Shown: positions 11,028 to 20,805 of the stretch, piece after piece
Layout: each line of letters opens with the position of its first letter
Numbering within the stretch: the stretch's first letter is position 1
From: an uncultured Gemmatimonadaceae bacterium
Lineage (GTDB): Bacteria > Gemmatimonadota > Gemmatimonadetes > Gemmatimonadales > Gemmatimonadaceae
Length of the DNA stretch: 64,000 nucleotides
Reading direction: 5' to 3'
Assembly: GCA_963843845.1 (NCBI GenBank)
Contig: CAWJMB010000002.1
Span: 2,400,001-2,464,000, forward strand
Notes under the pieces: model-generated
Seen by the model: the letters and a program-made list of their open reading frames with translations, nothing else
The model's database searches: none
What the model was told of the DNA's origin: nothing
Translations under genes and position numbers: made by a program

Positions 11028-11600
11028 ATGCGCGCCCTCATCGCCTACTTCCTCCGCGGCCTCGTCGTCGTCGCGCCGCTCGCCTTCACCGGCTACGTCT
11101 GCTGGCGACTGTTCATCGCGATCGACCAGACACTTCCGTTCGAGATCCCGGGCGTCGGCTTCGTCGTCACGATCCTGTTCTTCGTCGCGGTCGGATTTCT
11201 CGCCTCGACGTTCCTCGCGCGCGGGCTGTTCGCGCTCGTCGAGTCGATCCTCACGCGGCTGCCGTTCGTACGACTGCTCTACACGTCGACGAAGGACCTG
11301 CTGAACGCCTTCGTCGGCGAGCAGCGGCGCTTCGACAAGCCGGTGCTCGTGACGATCCTCCCGGACGCCGGCGGGCGCGCGATCGGCTTCGTGACCCAGG
11401 ACTCGCTCGAGCACCTCGGACTCGGCGGACAGGTCGCGGTCTACTTTCCGCTGTCGTACAGCGTCGCCGGCCACATGGTGCTCTTCCCCGCCGAGCGCGT
11501 CGAGCCGCTGCGCGCCGACAGCGCGGAGGTCATGGCGTTCATCGTGTCCGGCGGCGTCACGCGCATCTCCGCGCCGTCGGCGCGCGCGTCGCTCGACTGA
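11028..11600 (+). CDS. DUF502 membrane protein
   Basis: FLRGL..AP, RLPFVRLLY, GFVT, FIVSGG. Confidence 0.88.
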   Translation: MRALIAYFLRGLVVVAPLAFTGYVCWRLFIAIDQTLPFEIPGVGFVVTILFFVAVGFLASTFLARGLFALVESILTRLPFVRLLYTSTKDLLNAFVGEQRRFDKPVLVTILPDAGGRAIGFVTQDSLEHLGLGGQVAVYFPLSYSVAGHMVLFPAERVEPLRADSAEVMAFIVSGGVTRISAPSARASLD

Positions 11601-11628
11601 CACGACGCTCCCGGGATCGTTCACTCAC

Positions 11629-12964
11629 ATGCCCCTCCGCCCCATGCACCGTTCGCTCGCCACGTTCGCCGCTGCCGCATGCGCCACCGCGTGCGGCATC
11701 GCGTGCGTCGCCACGCCGCTCGTCGCGCAGGTCGCCGACACGACGCCGACCGTCGTCCTGCGCCCCGACCGCGTCTACGACGGCACCGATGCCGCGCCGC
11801 ACGCGGGGTGGATCGTCGTCGTCCGCGGTGACCGGATCGTCGCGGCGGGCGCGCCGAATACGGTGACCGTTCCCGCCGGTGCGCGCACGCTCGACCTCGC
11901 GGGCACGACACTCCTTCCCGGCCTCATCGACGCGCACTCGCATGTCCTGCTGCACCCCTACAACGAGACGCCGTGGGACGATCAGGTGCTGCACGAGCAC
12001 CTCGCGATGCGCGTCGCGCGCGCGACGAACCACCTGCGCGCGACGCTCATGGCCGGCTTCACGACGCTCCGCGACCTCGGCACCGAAGGCGCGGACGACG
12101 CCGACGTCGGGCTCAAGCTCGCCGTCGACCGCGGGGTGATTCCCGGGCCGCGCCTCATCGTCTCGAACCGCGCGATCGTCGCGACCGGCAGCTACGCGCC
12201 GAAAGGGTTCGACCCGCGGTGGGACGTGCCGCAGGGCGCCCAGGAGGCGGACGGCGTCGACGGCATGGTGCGCGCGGTCCGGCAGCAGATCGAAGCCGGC
12301 GCGGAGTGGATCAAGCTGTACGCGGACTATCGCTGGGGGCCGAACGGCGAGACGCGTCCCACCTTCTCGGAGGACGAGATGCGCGCCGCGGTCGAGACCG
12401 CGCGGAGCTCGGGACGGGCCGTCGTCGTGCACGCCAGCACGCCGGAAGGAATGCGCCGCGCGGTCGACGCCGGCGTCGAGACGATCGAGCACGGCGATGG
12501 GGGGACGCCCGAAGTGTTCCGGCTGATGGCGCAGAAAGGGGTCGCGCTCTGTCCGACGCTCGCCGCCGGCGACGCGATCCAGAGCTACCGCGGATGGCGG
12601 CGCGGCGTCGACGCCGACCCGCCATCGATCGCGGCCAAGCGGGCGTCGTTCACGCGCCGCACTCGATGCCGGCGTGACGATCTGCAACGGCAGCGACGTC
12701 GGCGTGTTCGCGCACGGCGACAACGCCCGCGAGCTCGAGCTGCTCGTCAGCTACGGCATGACGCCGACGCAGGCGCTGCGTGCCGCGACGTCGGTCGACG
12801 CGAAGCTGCTGCACCTCGACGACCGCATCGGACGCGTCGCCACCGGACTGCTGGCGGATCTCATCGCCGTGGGCGGCGATCCGACGCGCGACATCTCCGC
12901 GGTGCGCGACGTCCGCTTCGTGATGAAGGGCGGGCGCACGGTTCGCGCGCCCGCCCCTCGCTAG
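11629..12964 (+). CDS. Secreted metal-dependent amidohydrolase, Xaa-Pro dipeptidase-like (frameshift near 12655)
   Basis: [22 protein letters not shown], then [21 protein letters not shown] in ORF 12674..12964. Confidence 0.87.
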
Positions 12965-13040
12965 CTCACGAGCGTCTGGCGCGGCCCCTCGGGCCCGCGC
13001 CAGGCGCTCGTCACGCGCTCGTCACGCGCTCAGCGCGCGC

Positions 13041-13649
13041 TCAGCGCGGCTTCGCCGTGTCGGGGTTGATTCCGGGCGTCCGGTGCTTGGGATCGGTCAG
13101 CGCCTCGCTCGTCGCGCGGAAGTAGTTCTGCAGGTCGTTCCGCTGCGCGCCCAGCGGCTTGCCGAGCTGGATGACCGACGCCGCGTGCTCGATCTTCGCG
13201 CCGCCGGGCGTCGTCCGCATCGCGAACGCGGTCGCGAAGAACGCGGCCTGTGCGGCATCCGTGCGCTTCTTGTCGGTGAGGTCGGGCATCGCGAGCGTGT
13301 CCGCCATCGCGCGCACCATCACGATCTGCGCGCCCGCCTGCGGCGCGCGGACCTCCATCGCGCTCGCGACCAGACGGAGCCCCGCCGACGCGTACGACGC
13401 CGCATCGGTCGTCGTCGCCGTGTCCACCCACTTCGCGAGCGCCGGCACCGGTGCGAGCGGCGGCGCGACGGCTGGCGTCGCGCCCGACGGCGCTGCGGCG
13501 GCCGGAACGACCGCGGTGTCCGCCCCGACCTCCACTGGGGCCGAACGCCCCGGACGAAGGAAGTAGTACGCCACACCGCCCAACACGAGCAGCACGAGCA
13601 CGACCGCCCACAACGGCGTGCCGCGTCGGGTGAACTCTATCTCAGCCAT
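13041..13649 (-). CDS. Hypothetical membrane-anchored protein
   Basis: MAEIEFTRRG then one TM helix, Ala/Pro linker and helical domain. Confidence 0.65.
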   Translation of the reverse strand: MAEIEFTRRGTPLWAVVLVLLVLGGVAYYFLRPGRSAPVEVGADTAVVPAAAAPSGATPAVAPPLAPVPALAKWVDTATTTDAASYASAGLRLVASAMEVRAPQAGAQIVMVRAMADTLAMPDLTDKKRTDAAQAAFFATAFAMRTTPGGAKIEHAASVIQLGKPLGAQRNDLQNYFRATSEALTDPKHRTPGINPDTAKPR

Positions 13650-13765
13650 CTGAAGAAAATCCTCGTTCGGGTCGATCGGGAGCACCGTTGGCGCGCCTCC
13701 GCGCAACGGTGAGCGCGCTGGAACTCAACTCGTACCCGGCACCGCCCGCAAGCGGTCGCATCCCC

Positions 13766-15466
13766 TCACGACCCCGCGCGCAGGCGCTCGACTTCCCGCT
13801 CGACGAGCGCCACCAGCTCGCCCATCCCCGCCTCGTCGAAAATCAGCTCCGCCCCGGCCGTCGCGTAGATCTCCGGCAGCGAACGGGTCCCGCCAAGGGC
13901 GAGGGCGGCGCGGTATCGGCGCACCGCGTCGGCCTGATCGCTGAGGCTCCGCCGCCACACCTGGAGCGCGCCGAGCTGCGCGATGCCATACTCGATGTAG
14001 TAGAACGGGAGCTCGAAGATGTGGAGCTGACGGTACCAGCGCGCCACCCGCTCACGGTCCAGCCCGGACCAGTCCGCGCCGCGGTCGAAGCGAGCCCGAA
14101 GCTCGAGCCACGCGGCGTCGCGCGCGTCGGCGTCGCCGCCATCGGGATGGGTGTAGATCCAGTGCTGGAACGCGTCGACACTCGCGATGTGTGCGAGGCT
14201 CTCCAGCACGTCGATGAGGTGCTCGATGCGCGCCGCCCGCGCGTCGTCCACGTCGTAGTAGCCGGTCGGGCGCGCGAGATACGGTGCGGCGAGCAGCTCC
14301 ATCGACATCGACGCCAGCTCGGCGGCTTCATGTCCCGTCGACCGCTGCCACACGAGCGGCAGCCGCGTCATCGAGAAGTCGTGAAAGCAGTGCCCCGCTT
14401 CGTGCACGAGTGTGTTCACGTCATCCGGCACGCCGACGGCGTTCATGAAGATGAACGGCCGTTCGCGGACGTGCAGACTGGTGCAGTACCCGCCGGGCGC
14501 CTTCCCCGGGCGGCTCTCGAGGTCGAGCAGCTGCTCGTCGGCCAGTATGTCGAACTCGCGGCCCAACGCCGCGTCGACGCCGTGAAAGACGCGGCGTGCG
14601 CCGTCCACGAACTGCGCGACCGTGTCGAACGGCTTGAGCGGCGTCGCGCGCTCGAGGTCCACCTGCAGGTCCCACGGCCGCAGCGGCCCGACACCGAGCT
14701 TCTCCTCCCGATACGCCGACAGCCGCTCGACGGCCGGCACCACGGTCCGCTCCACCGCCGCGTGGAAGCGCGCGCAGTCTTCCGGCGTGTAATCGAAGCG
14801 GTGCTTCGCCGCGAAGCAGTATCGCTCGTAGTCGGCGAATCCGGCATTCGACGCCACGCGCACGCGCAGGGCGTACATGCGATCGAACAGCTCGGCGAGC
14901 GCGTCGCGCTGCGCGAGATACGCCTCGGCGCCGGCGCGGAAGGCGCGCTCACGCACACGCCGGTCGGGGTTCTTGAGGTACGGCTGAAGCTGCGGAATCG
15001 TCTTCCGCTCGCCGTCCCAGTCGACCGATAACCCGCCCGTGATCTTCTGATACGCCGCCGAGTGCTCCTCGATCTCGGCGAAGAGCGGCACGCTCGCTTC
15101 GCGAAAGATCTGAGCGTCTGTTCGGAAGCGCCGGACGGTCGTCGCCAGGTCGTCGCGCTCGTAGCCGAGGTCGAGCAGGCGGCGGGCGAGGCGCACCTGC
15201 TGCTCGTCGAGCTGCGGGTAGATCTGCGTCGAGAATCGCAGGTGCGCGGCCTCCTTCGCGGGGTCAGCCGTGTCGCCGGTGTAGGCGATCATCGCCAGCG
15301 TCGCCGCTTCGCTCACGACCTCTTCCAACCGCGACCAGCGAGTGAGCCATTCGTCCGCCGTCGACGGATCGAGCGGCTCGGCTGCGAGCGAATCGTAAAA
15401 GGGGGCGATGTCGCTCCACGTCGCATCCGCGAACGCAGCAGGAGAATCAGGAAACGTCGTCAACAC
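13766..15466 (-). CDS. M3-family oligoendopeptidase (PepF-like)
   Basis: HEAGH zinc motif, ELASMSME, KAPGGYC, PFYYIEYGIAQ. Confidence 0.92.
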   Translation of the reverse strand: MLTTFPDSPAAFADATWSDIAPFYDSLAAEPLDPSTADEWLTRWSRLEEVVSEAATLAMIAYTGDTADPAKEAAHLRFSTQIYPQLDEQQVRLARRLLDLGYERDDLATTVRRFRTDAQIFREASVPLFAEIEEHSAAYQKITGGLSVDWDGERKTIPQLQPYLKNPDRRVRERAFRAGAEAYLAQRDALAELFDRMYALRVRVASNAGFADYERYCFAAKHRFDYTPEDCARFHAAVERTVVPAVERLSAYREEKLGVGPLRPWDLQVDLERATPLKPFDTVAQFVDGARRVFHGVDAALGREFDILADEQLLDLESRPGKAPGGYCTSLHVRERPFIFMNAVGVPDDVNTLVHEAGHCFHDFSMTRLPLVWQRSTGHEAAELASMSMELLAAPYLARPTGYYDVDDARAARIEHLIDVLESLAHIASVDAFQHWIYTHPDGGDADARDAAWLELRARFDRGADWSGLDRERVARWYRQLHIFELPFYYIEYGIAQLGALQVWRRSLSDQADAVRRYRAALALGGTRSLPEIYATAGAELIFDEAGMGELVALVEREVERLRAGS

Positions 15467-15657
15467 GCAGTCGCTCCGTCATGATCGTCGAAGTCCGTTC
15501 GACCAGCCGACACTACCACTGGTCTCCCAAGATAGTGCGGGTTCCGGGGGCGCCGGCCGGTGTGACGCGTCGCGACGTGGGTCGTCGACCCACGATCAGC
15601 CGTGCGCCGACGCGCGCGACCCAGATGGCGCTGCCGCAGTCCTCCCTCTTCCGCCCC

Positions 15658-16826
15658 ATGCGGATCTACTCTGCTGCTCTGACGCTGCTGCTCGCGCTTC
15701 CGATGGCCGTCCGCGCCCAGCAGTGCGACACTGTCCCGCGGCCGCCGCGCGACCCGTTCGCCTCGACGTTGGCGACGTTGCGCACGCCGACGCCCCCCCG
15801 TCGCCGCGACCGCGACGCTCGACCGCGCAGCGTCCGCGCCGCACGGTCTCGCGAGCCGCGCCGAAGCGCCCGGCGGTCGTGCGCCCGGTAGCGCCGCCCG
15901 CGACGACCGTACCGCACGTGACCCCGGTGGCGACACCGCGCACCCGAACGCATCGCGCCCCGACGCGACGGGCTACCCCCGTCCGCCCGAAGCCGGCACG
16001 GGCTGCGGCGCCGCCGACCGTCCGCGCGACGTCGACGGCCTGCCTGACGCGGAACGAGCTCGCCGGCCTCCTCGTCGATGCCGGCCCGCCGATCGACCAG
16101 GCGCTCGCCTCGCCGTTGCTCGGGCTGGCGCCGGCGACCACCCTCGCGCCGCTGGCGGCGCCTGCGGCCGCGACGCTCGCACCGGTCACCCTCAGCGCGA
16201 GCGGACTGGGGCTCACCGGACTCGGCGCGTCCACCATCGCCGCCACGCCGGGGATCTCGGCCGGTCTCGTCGTGGCGGCCCTCTCGGCGGCATCGGCCGG
16301 CGTGGGCACCGCCGCGTGGCAGGCGGTTCGTCGCGTGCCGGGCGGCGTCGGCGCGATCGCCGGGACGCCAGGAACGACTCCGAGCGCACCGCCTCCGCGC
16401 ACGCCCGGCACACTCGCGCCCGGCGACGACACGCCGCCGCGCGGCGCGCGTCCGACCGATCCCCAGGCCGCGAGCGGCGACGATCCCGATCCGACTCCGC
16501 CTGCCGGCGTGCCGCCCGGGCCGCCACCGCCCGAGAACGCGCCGGACTCGCCCCCGGAGAATCCGCCTGCCGCTCCCGGCGTTCCGTCGCCGACCGACGT
16601 GCCGCGGATTCCATCCTGGCCGTTCGGCCCGGGGCCGATCCCCGGGCTGCCACCGGCGACGTTCCCGCCCACGTCACCGCCGCCCGGCGGCCCGACGACC
16701 CGACCGACCGACGTGCCGTTCGGCGCGCTCGAGACGACGGCGGTGCCTGAGCCGCGTGCGCTGATCCTGCTGGCGAGCGGCGCAGTCATCGCAGCGGCCA
16801 TGAGCCGATTCCGGCGCCGGCCGTAG
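15658..16826 (+). CDS. Pro/Ala/Thr-rich PEP-CTERM surface protein (frameshift at C7 run 15793-15799)
   Basis: Signal peptide MRIYSAALTLLLALPMAVRA in one frame; C-terminal VPEP + TM + RFRRRP in frame 15408..16826; one extra C joins them. Confidence 0.7.
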
Positions 16827-16851
16827 CGCTCGGTGCGGCGACGTGCCGCGA

Positions 16852-17316
16852 TCAGAACGCGTCGCCGAGTGCCAGCCGCCGACGGCCGACGGCGCTCGTG
16901 ACCGTTCGGCAGCCGCGCAGTAACGCGACCTGATCGTCGTTCGGCAGTGCGTCGACGACCGCGCTCCCGAGCGACGTGAGTCGATACCAGCCGTCGCCGA
17001 GCGGCTCGACGAGGCGGCGCACGGCCGCGCGGCGGAGGATGTCGTGCGCGTTGTGGAGCGAGCCGGCGATCCGCGACTCTCGCGGCGGGTACAGCGCGCG
17101 GACGTCGGCCCCGCAGACGGCGTCACAGCCGAGGACGCGCTGGAGATACGACATGATGACGAGCGCCGCGTAGGCAGGTCGGAGCTCTGCGCCCCTGTCT
17201 CGCATGTACTCGTGCACGTCGCGGCGCGTCGCGGCGTCGTACGACGGGTGATGCGCGCGCGAGATCGGGCGTGACAGGGTCGAGTCGGAAAGCGTACCGT
17301 CTTCGGAGATGGACAT
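16852..17316 (-). CDS. Hypothetical protein, possible winged-helix DNA-binding domain
   Basis: Helix followed by LVEPLGDGWYRLTSLG wing-like motif. Confidence 0.5.
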   Translation of the reverse strand: MSISEDGTLSDSTLSRPISRAHHPSYDAATRRDVHEYMRDRGAELRPAYAALVIMSYLQRVLGCDAVCGADVRALYPPRESRIAGSLHNAHDILRRAAVRRLVEPLGDGWYRLTSLGSAVVDALPNDDQVALLRGCRTVTSAVGRRRLALGDAF

Positions 17317-17875
17317 CGTGAAGCCATGCGAGCGTGAGGCGCCGAGCGGTCGTGCGGGCAGCGCGTCGTGGGACGTGTGGGAAGTCGTTTTTCCTGAAGG
17401 AGCGGGGAGCGCTGCAGGTTCCCTCCCTCAGCACGCGGTGGGACACGTGTGGAACGAGACGCGACTCGGACAGCGAATCGCGCCTCTCGTCGTGCGTTCG
17501 ACATCGGCCCTGCTCGTCGCGCAGGGAGCCGTCGACGCTGCGCGAGGCGGCCGCCGGCCACGTGCCGCCGACTGTCCGTGATCCGAATCAGCGGCGCGAT
17601 CCCCCTGCGAGGCATCAGGGAAAGTCCTGGCGTGGCGGGGACTCGCCGGTCGCTCGCGACAGAGCGAGTGCGCCACCGTGCCGCTGCCCGTCCCATGCCA
17701 TCGACGGCGCGCCGACGCGATCGCGATCGGGCTCAAGTCCTTCGCCCGCACTGCCGAGTCTTACTCGTGCGGCGGGCATCTCCGCCGCGACCCCGTGAGG
17801 CCGTTCGTGACGGCCTTCGCCGGCTCCGGCCGGCGATACGGAGCGCGATGTCCCGGAAGCAGCAGCCGTAGTCCG

Positions 17876-17982
17876 GACGAAGCCCGATCTGGCATCAGCC
17901 CGGTCGGGCTTCGTCGCGTCTGGCAACACGGGCGCGACGCGAAACCGCCCGGCGCCCCGGGCATCGGGTCGTCGGGCGGTTC
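17876..17982 (-). terminator. Two GC-rich hairpins downstream of tRNA-Pro
   Basis: GACGAAGCCCGA...TCGGGCTTCGTC and AACCGCCCGG...TCGGGCGGTT inverted repeats. Confidence 0.5.
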
Positions 17983-18006
17983 TGGCGTGCGTGGGATCGA
18001 GCAGAA

Positions 18007-18080
18007 TCGGAACGGCGGGATTCGAACCCGCGACCCCCTGAACCCCATTCAGGTGCGCTACCGGGCTGCGCTACGTTCCG
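18007..18080 (-). tRNA. tRNA-Pro(GGG), CCA not encoded
   Basis: Cloverleaf; anticodon arm CCTGA-ATGGGGT-TCAGG; GGTTCGAATCC T-arm. Confidence 0.95.
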
Positions 18081-18088
18081 GACAAGTG

Positions 18089-18117
18089 AACGTAATCCGA
18101 AAGCGGGCCGCCCTCAA
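18089..18117 (-). promoter_or_regulatory. Candidate sigma70 promoter for tRNA-Pro
   Basis: TTGAGG-N17-TACGTT. Confidence 0.55.
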
Positions 18118-18977
18118 CCAGCGATCGCGGCGACCCACGCGTCCGGCGTGACGACACGCCCGACGTAGAACGCCCCGAACTCGGCGTACTGCGCGCTGAC
18201 CTCGTCGAACCGCATCTCCGTGACGATCCGCTTGAACTCGAGCGGATCGGCCGCGAACAGCGTCACCCCCCACTCCCACGCGTCGAGCCCGACGGCCCCG
18301 GTGACGATCTGGAACACCTTCCCGGCATAGCGGCGACCGGTCTTGCTGTGGTCCCACATCAGCCGACTGCGCTCCTCGTTCGTCAGCGCGTACCAGTTCT
18401 GCCCCGCGTCGCGCTTCTTCGACATGGGATAGAAGCATGCGTACGGCATCGTCTCGCTCGGCGGCGCGGGGAAGAGGCGGCGCTGGACGTGTGACGATGC
18501 GCCTTCCTGCTCCACGAGCGCCGCGAGCCCGGCCTGGTACTCGGCGTCGCCCACCACACCGCCGCGCGCCGCGGCGAGCTTCGCCGCCTTGACCGCCGTC
18601 GAGTACATCCCGGCCTCGGTCACGCTGAGAAAATCGTAGCTCCGGCGCAGCACGTCGCTGAGCGGCTCGCCGAGCACCGCGCGCCCGGCCGTGCCTAACG
18701 CATCGAGCGTCGGCCGGAAGTGCACCAGCATGAGATCGGCCGACGCGCCGACGAGCTGCACCGGGGCCGTCCATCCCCCGTCCGACGGCGCCGCCAGCGT
18801 TGAGAGCACGCGCTCCATCGAGGCGGCGTCGCGGGCGCGGTCTGCCGGCGCGAGTTGGCGCGACGCCCCCCGGTCGATCGTGAAGAGTTGATGATGTGCG
18901 TACCACCCTTCGAGCGACACGGCGGGCGGAACGTACAGGTCGGCGGCGCTGTCGGCAGCGTGCGGCGGTGCGGTCAT
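18114..18977 (-). CDS. hemQ: Coproheme decarboxylase / chlorite dismutase family heme enzyme
   Basis: YPMSKKR, NWY, MWDH...GRRY, GLDAWEWGVTLF, EMRFDEVSA, FGAFYVG. Confidence 0.82.
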   Translation of the reverse strand: MTAPPHAADSAADLYVPPAVSLEGWYAHHQLFTIDRGASRQLAPADRARDAASMERVLSTLAAPSDGGWTAPVQLVGASADLMLVHFRPTLDALGTAGRAVLGEPLSDVLRRSYDFLSVTEAGMYSTAVKAAKLAAARGGVVGDAEYQAGLAALVEQEGASSHVQRRLFPAPPSETMPYACFYPMSKKRDAGQNWYALTNEERSRLMWDHSKTGRRYAGKVFQIVTGAVGLDAWEWGVTLFAADPLEFKRIVTEMRFDEVSAQYAEFGAFYVGRVVTPDAWVAAIAG

Positions 18978-19082
18978 GATCGCGACGAGCGAAGGAGCGG
19001 ACGTCGCGACGCACGACGGCCAGACGTCGAAGCTAGCGCGCGCCGTCTTCTCGATCGATCCGCACGATGCCGGAGCGTGGCG

Positions 19083-20705
19083 CTACCACCGGACGAGCTC
19101 GAGTACGGCGCCGTCGCGCGGCGGGAGCGTCGCGAATGGCGCCGTGCGGGGGGCGCTGCCATCGCGATCGACCGCGAGCACGTCAGCGTTAGGCACTGCG
19201 CCGAGGAGCGGGCGCAACCGCCACCGGCCGGGAGGGAGCGTGCCGGCGGCGGCCGTGAACGACGCGCTCTGCGCCGGGGCGCTGCCGACGTTCGCGACGA
19301 CGATCACCGCGCGAGCGCCGAGTCGCCGGACGTAGGCGACGACGGCGCTGTCGCCCGTCGCGAGCTGCCGGATCGTTCCACCCGCGAGGGCGCCGTTCTC
19401 CGCGCGAAGGTGAATCAACCGGCGATGGAGCGAGAGCAGCGACCCCGGATCCGCGTCCTGCGCGGCGACGGTCGTCGTCAGGGAGTCGTCCTGCGCGCGC
19501 TCCCATGGCGTTCCCGTCGTGAATCCCTGGCCGGCCACCGCTCGCCACTGCATCGGCGTCCGCAGCCGTTCGTCGGGCTTGGAGCCGACCATTCCGATCT
19601 CGTCACCGTAGTACACGAACGGGAGCCCGGGCAGTGTGAGGAGCAGGAGCGCTGCCACGCGCGCCTGTGCCACGCTCCCGCCCACCGCCGTCCGCGCGCG
19701 CTCGCGGTCGTGATTGCTGAGGAAGGGCGCGTATCGTGTTGCCGGCGCGACCAGCCGCTGCATCGCCAGCGCCGGCGCCAGCACGCCGCCGGCCGTTCCG
19801 CGCCGCACGGCGGCAGCGAGCGAGTCGGCGACGTCGAACGCGAAATACGCGGTGAGCTGGTCCGGGTAGTACGTCCGCAGCGTGTCGATTCCGCCCCACA
19901 CTTCGCCGATGGCGTACAGACGCGGGCGGAGGGTGCCGACGTACGCGCCGAACCCGCGGAGCACGTCGTGCGTCGCGCGCGCGTTCACCTCGGCCGAGTC
20001 GTCTTCGGCGAGATACGCGACGGCGTCGAGACGGAAACCGTCGACACCCATCTCCTCCACCCAGTATCGCGCGATGCGACGGGTCTCCGCTCGCACGGCC
20101 GGGTTGGCGTGATCGAGGTCCGGCATGGTGTGCCAGAACACGCCGTAGTAGTACTCGTCGCGCAGCGGTGACCGGTGCCACGCGTCGTGGCCTAACGCTC
20201 TCCCGGACGCGCCGTTCGGCGTCGGCTTCGATCCGCGCCATCGGTACCAGTCGCGATAGCGCGACGCCGAGTCGCGGAGCGCCGACTGGAACCACGGGTG
20301 CTCGCTCGACGTGTGATTCAGGACCATGTCGACGAGGACCTTGATCCCGCGCCGATGCGCGGCGGCGACGAACGACCGGAAGTCCTCGTTCGTTCCGTAC
20401 TCGCGATCGACCCGGTAGTAGTCGGTGACGTCGTACCCGTGATAGCTCGGCGACTCGGCGACCGGCATGAGCCAGACGCACCGCGCGCCGAGGTCACGCG
20501 TCGTGCGCGGGTCGCCATCGTTGATGTAGTCGAGCCGGGCCGTGAGCCCGCGGAGATCACCGATGCCGTCGCCGTCGCTGTCGGCGAACGACCGCACGAA
20601 GATCTCGTAGCAGGTCGCACCGCGCGTCCACGGGGGCGTCACCGGCTGCGCGGACAGCACGGACGCGGCGAGCAGCGCGAGGGTGGCGGCGGCGCGGCGT
20701 GTCAT
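19083..20705 (-). CDS. Secreted GH13 alpha-amylase family protein
   Basis: FADSDGDGIGD, YHGYDVTDY, DMVLNH, GFRLDA, GEVW, FLSNHD. Confidence 0.93.
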   Translation of the reverse strand: MTRRAAATLALLAASVLSAQPVTPPWTRGATCYEIFVRSFADSDGDGIGDLRGLTARLDYINDGDPRTTRDLGARCVWLMPVAESPSYHGYDVTDYYRVDREYGTNEDFRSFVAAAHRRGIKVLVDMVLNHTSSEHPWFQSALRDSASRYRDWYRWRGSKPTPNGASGRALGHDAWHRSPLRDEYYYGVFWHTMPDLDHANPAVRAETRRIARYWVEEMGVDGFRLDAVAYLAEDDSAEVNARATHDVLRGFGAYVGTLRPRLYAIGEVWGGIDTLRTYYPDQLTAYFAFDVADSLAAAVRRGTAGGVLAPALAMQRLVAPATRYAPFLSNHDRERARTAVGGSVAQARVAALLLLTLPGLPFVYYGDEIGMVGSKPDERLRTPMQWRAVAGQGFTTGTPWERAQDDSLTTTVAAQDADPGSLLSLHRRLIHLRAENGALAGGTIRQLATGDSAVVAYVRRLGARAVIVVANVGSAPAQSASFTAAAGTLPPGRWRLRPLLGAVPNADVLAVDRDGSAPRTAPFATLPPRDGAVLELVRW

Positions 20706-20805
20706 GCCGGAACGCTACCCCGCCGCGCGATCTTTTCAACGTGCGGCGCGAGCCGCATCTTGCGATCTCGCTCGTCGACGACGCCACTCACTCCTCACGA
20801 CCCCG

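Noticed and set aside
12965..13045. Hairpin and short GCGCTC repeats between convergent genes (similar at 1346-1432 and 6455-6505)
   Set aside because: Consistent with ordinary GC-rich terminator-like hairpins; no shared sequence family evident.
17610..17700. GGGAAAGTCC resembling an RNase P or cobalamin riboswitch motif
   Set aside because: The other conserved elements of either RNA could not be found.
15466..18080. Integrative element at tRNA-Pro
   Set aside because: No integrase or duplicated tRNA 3' end found; kept only as a weak non-coding-region finding.
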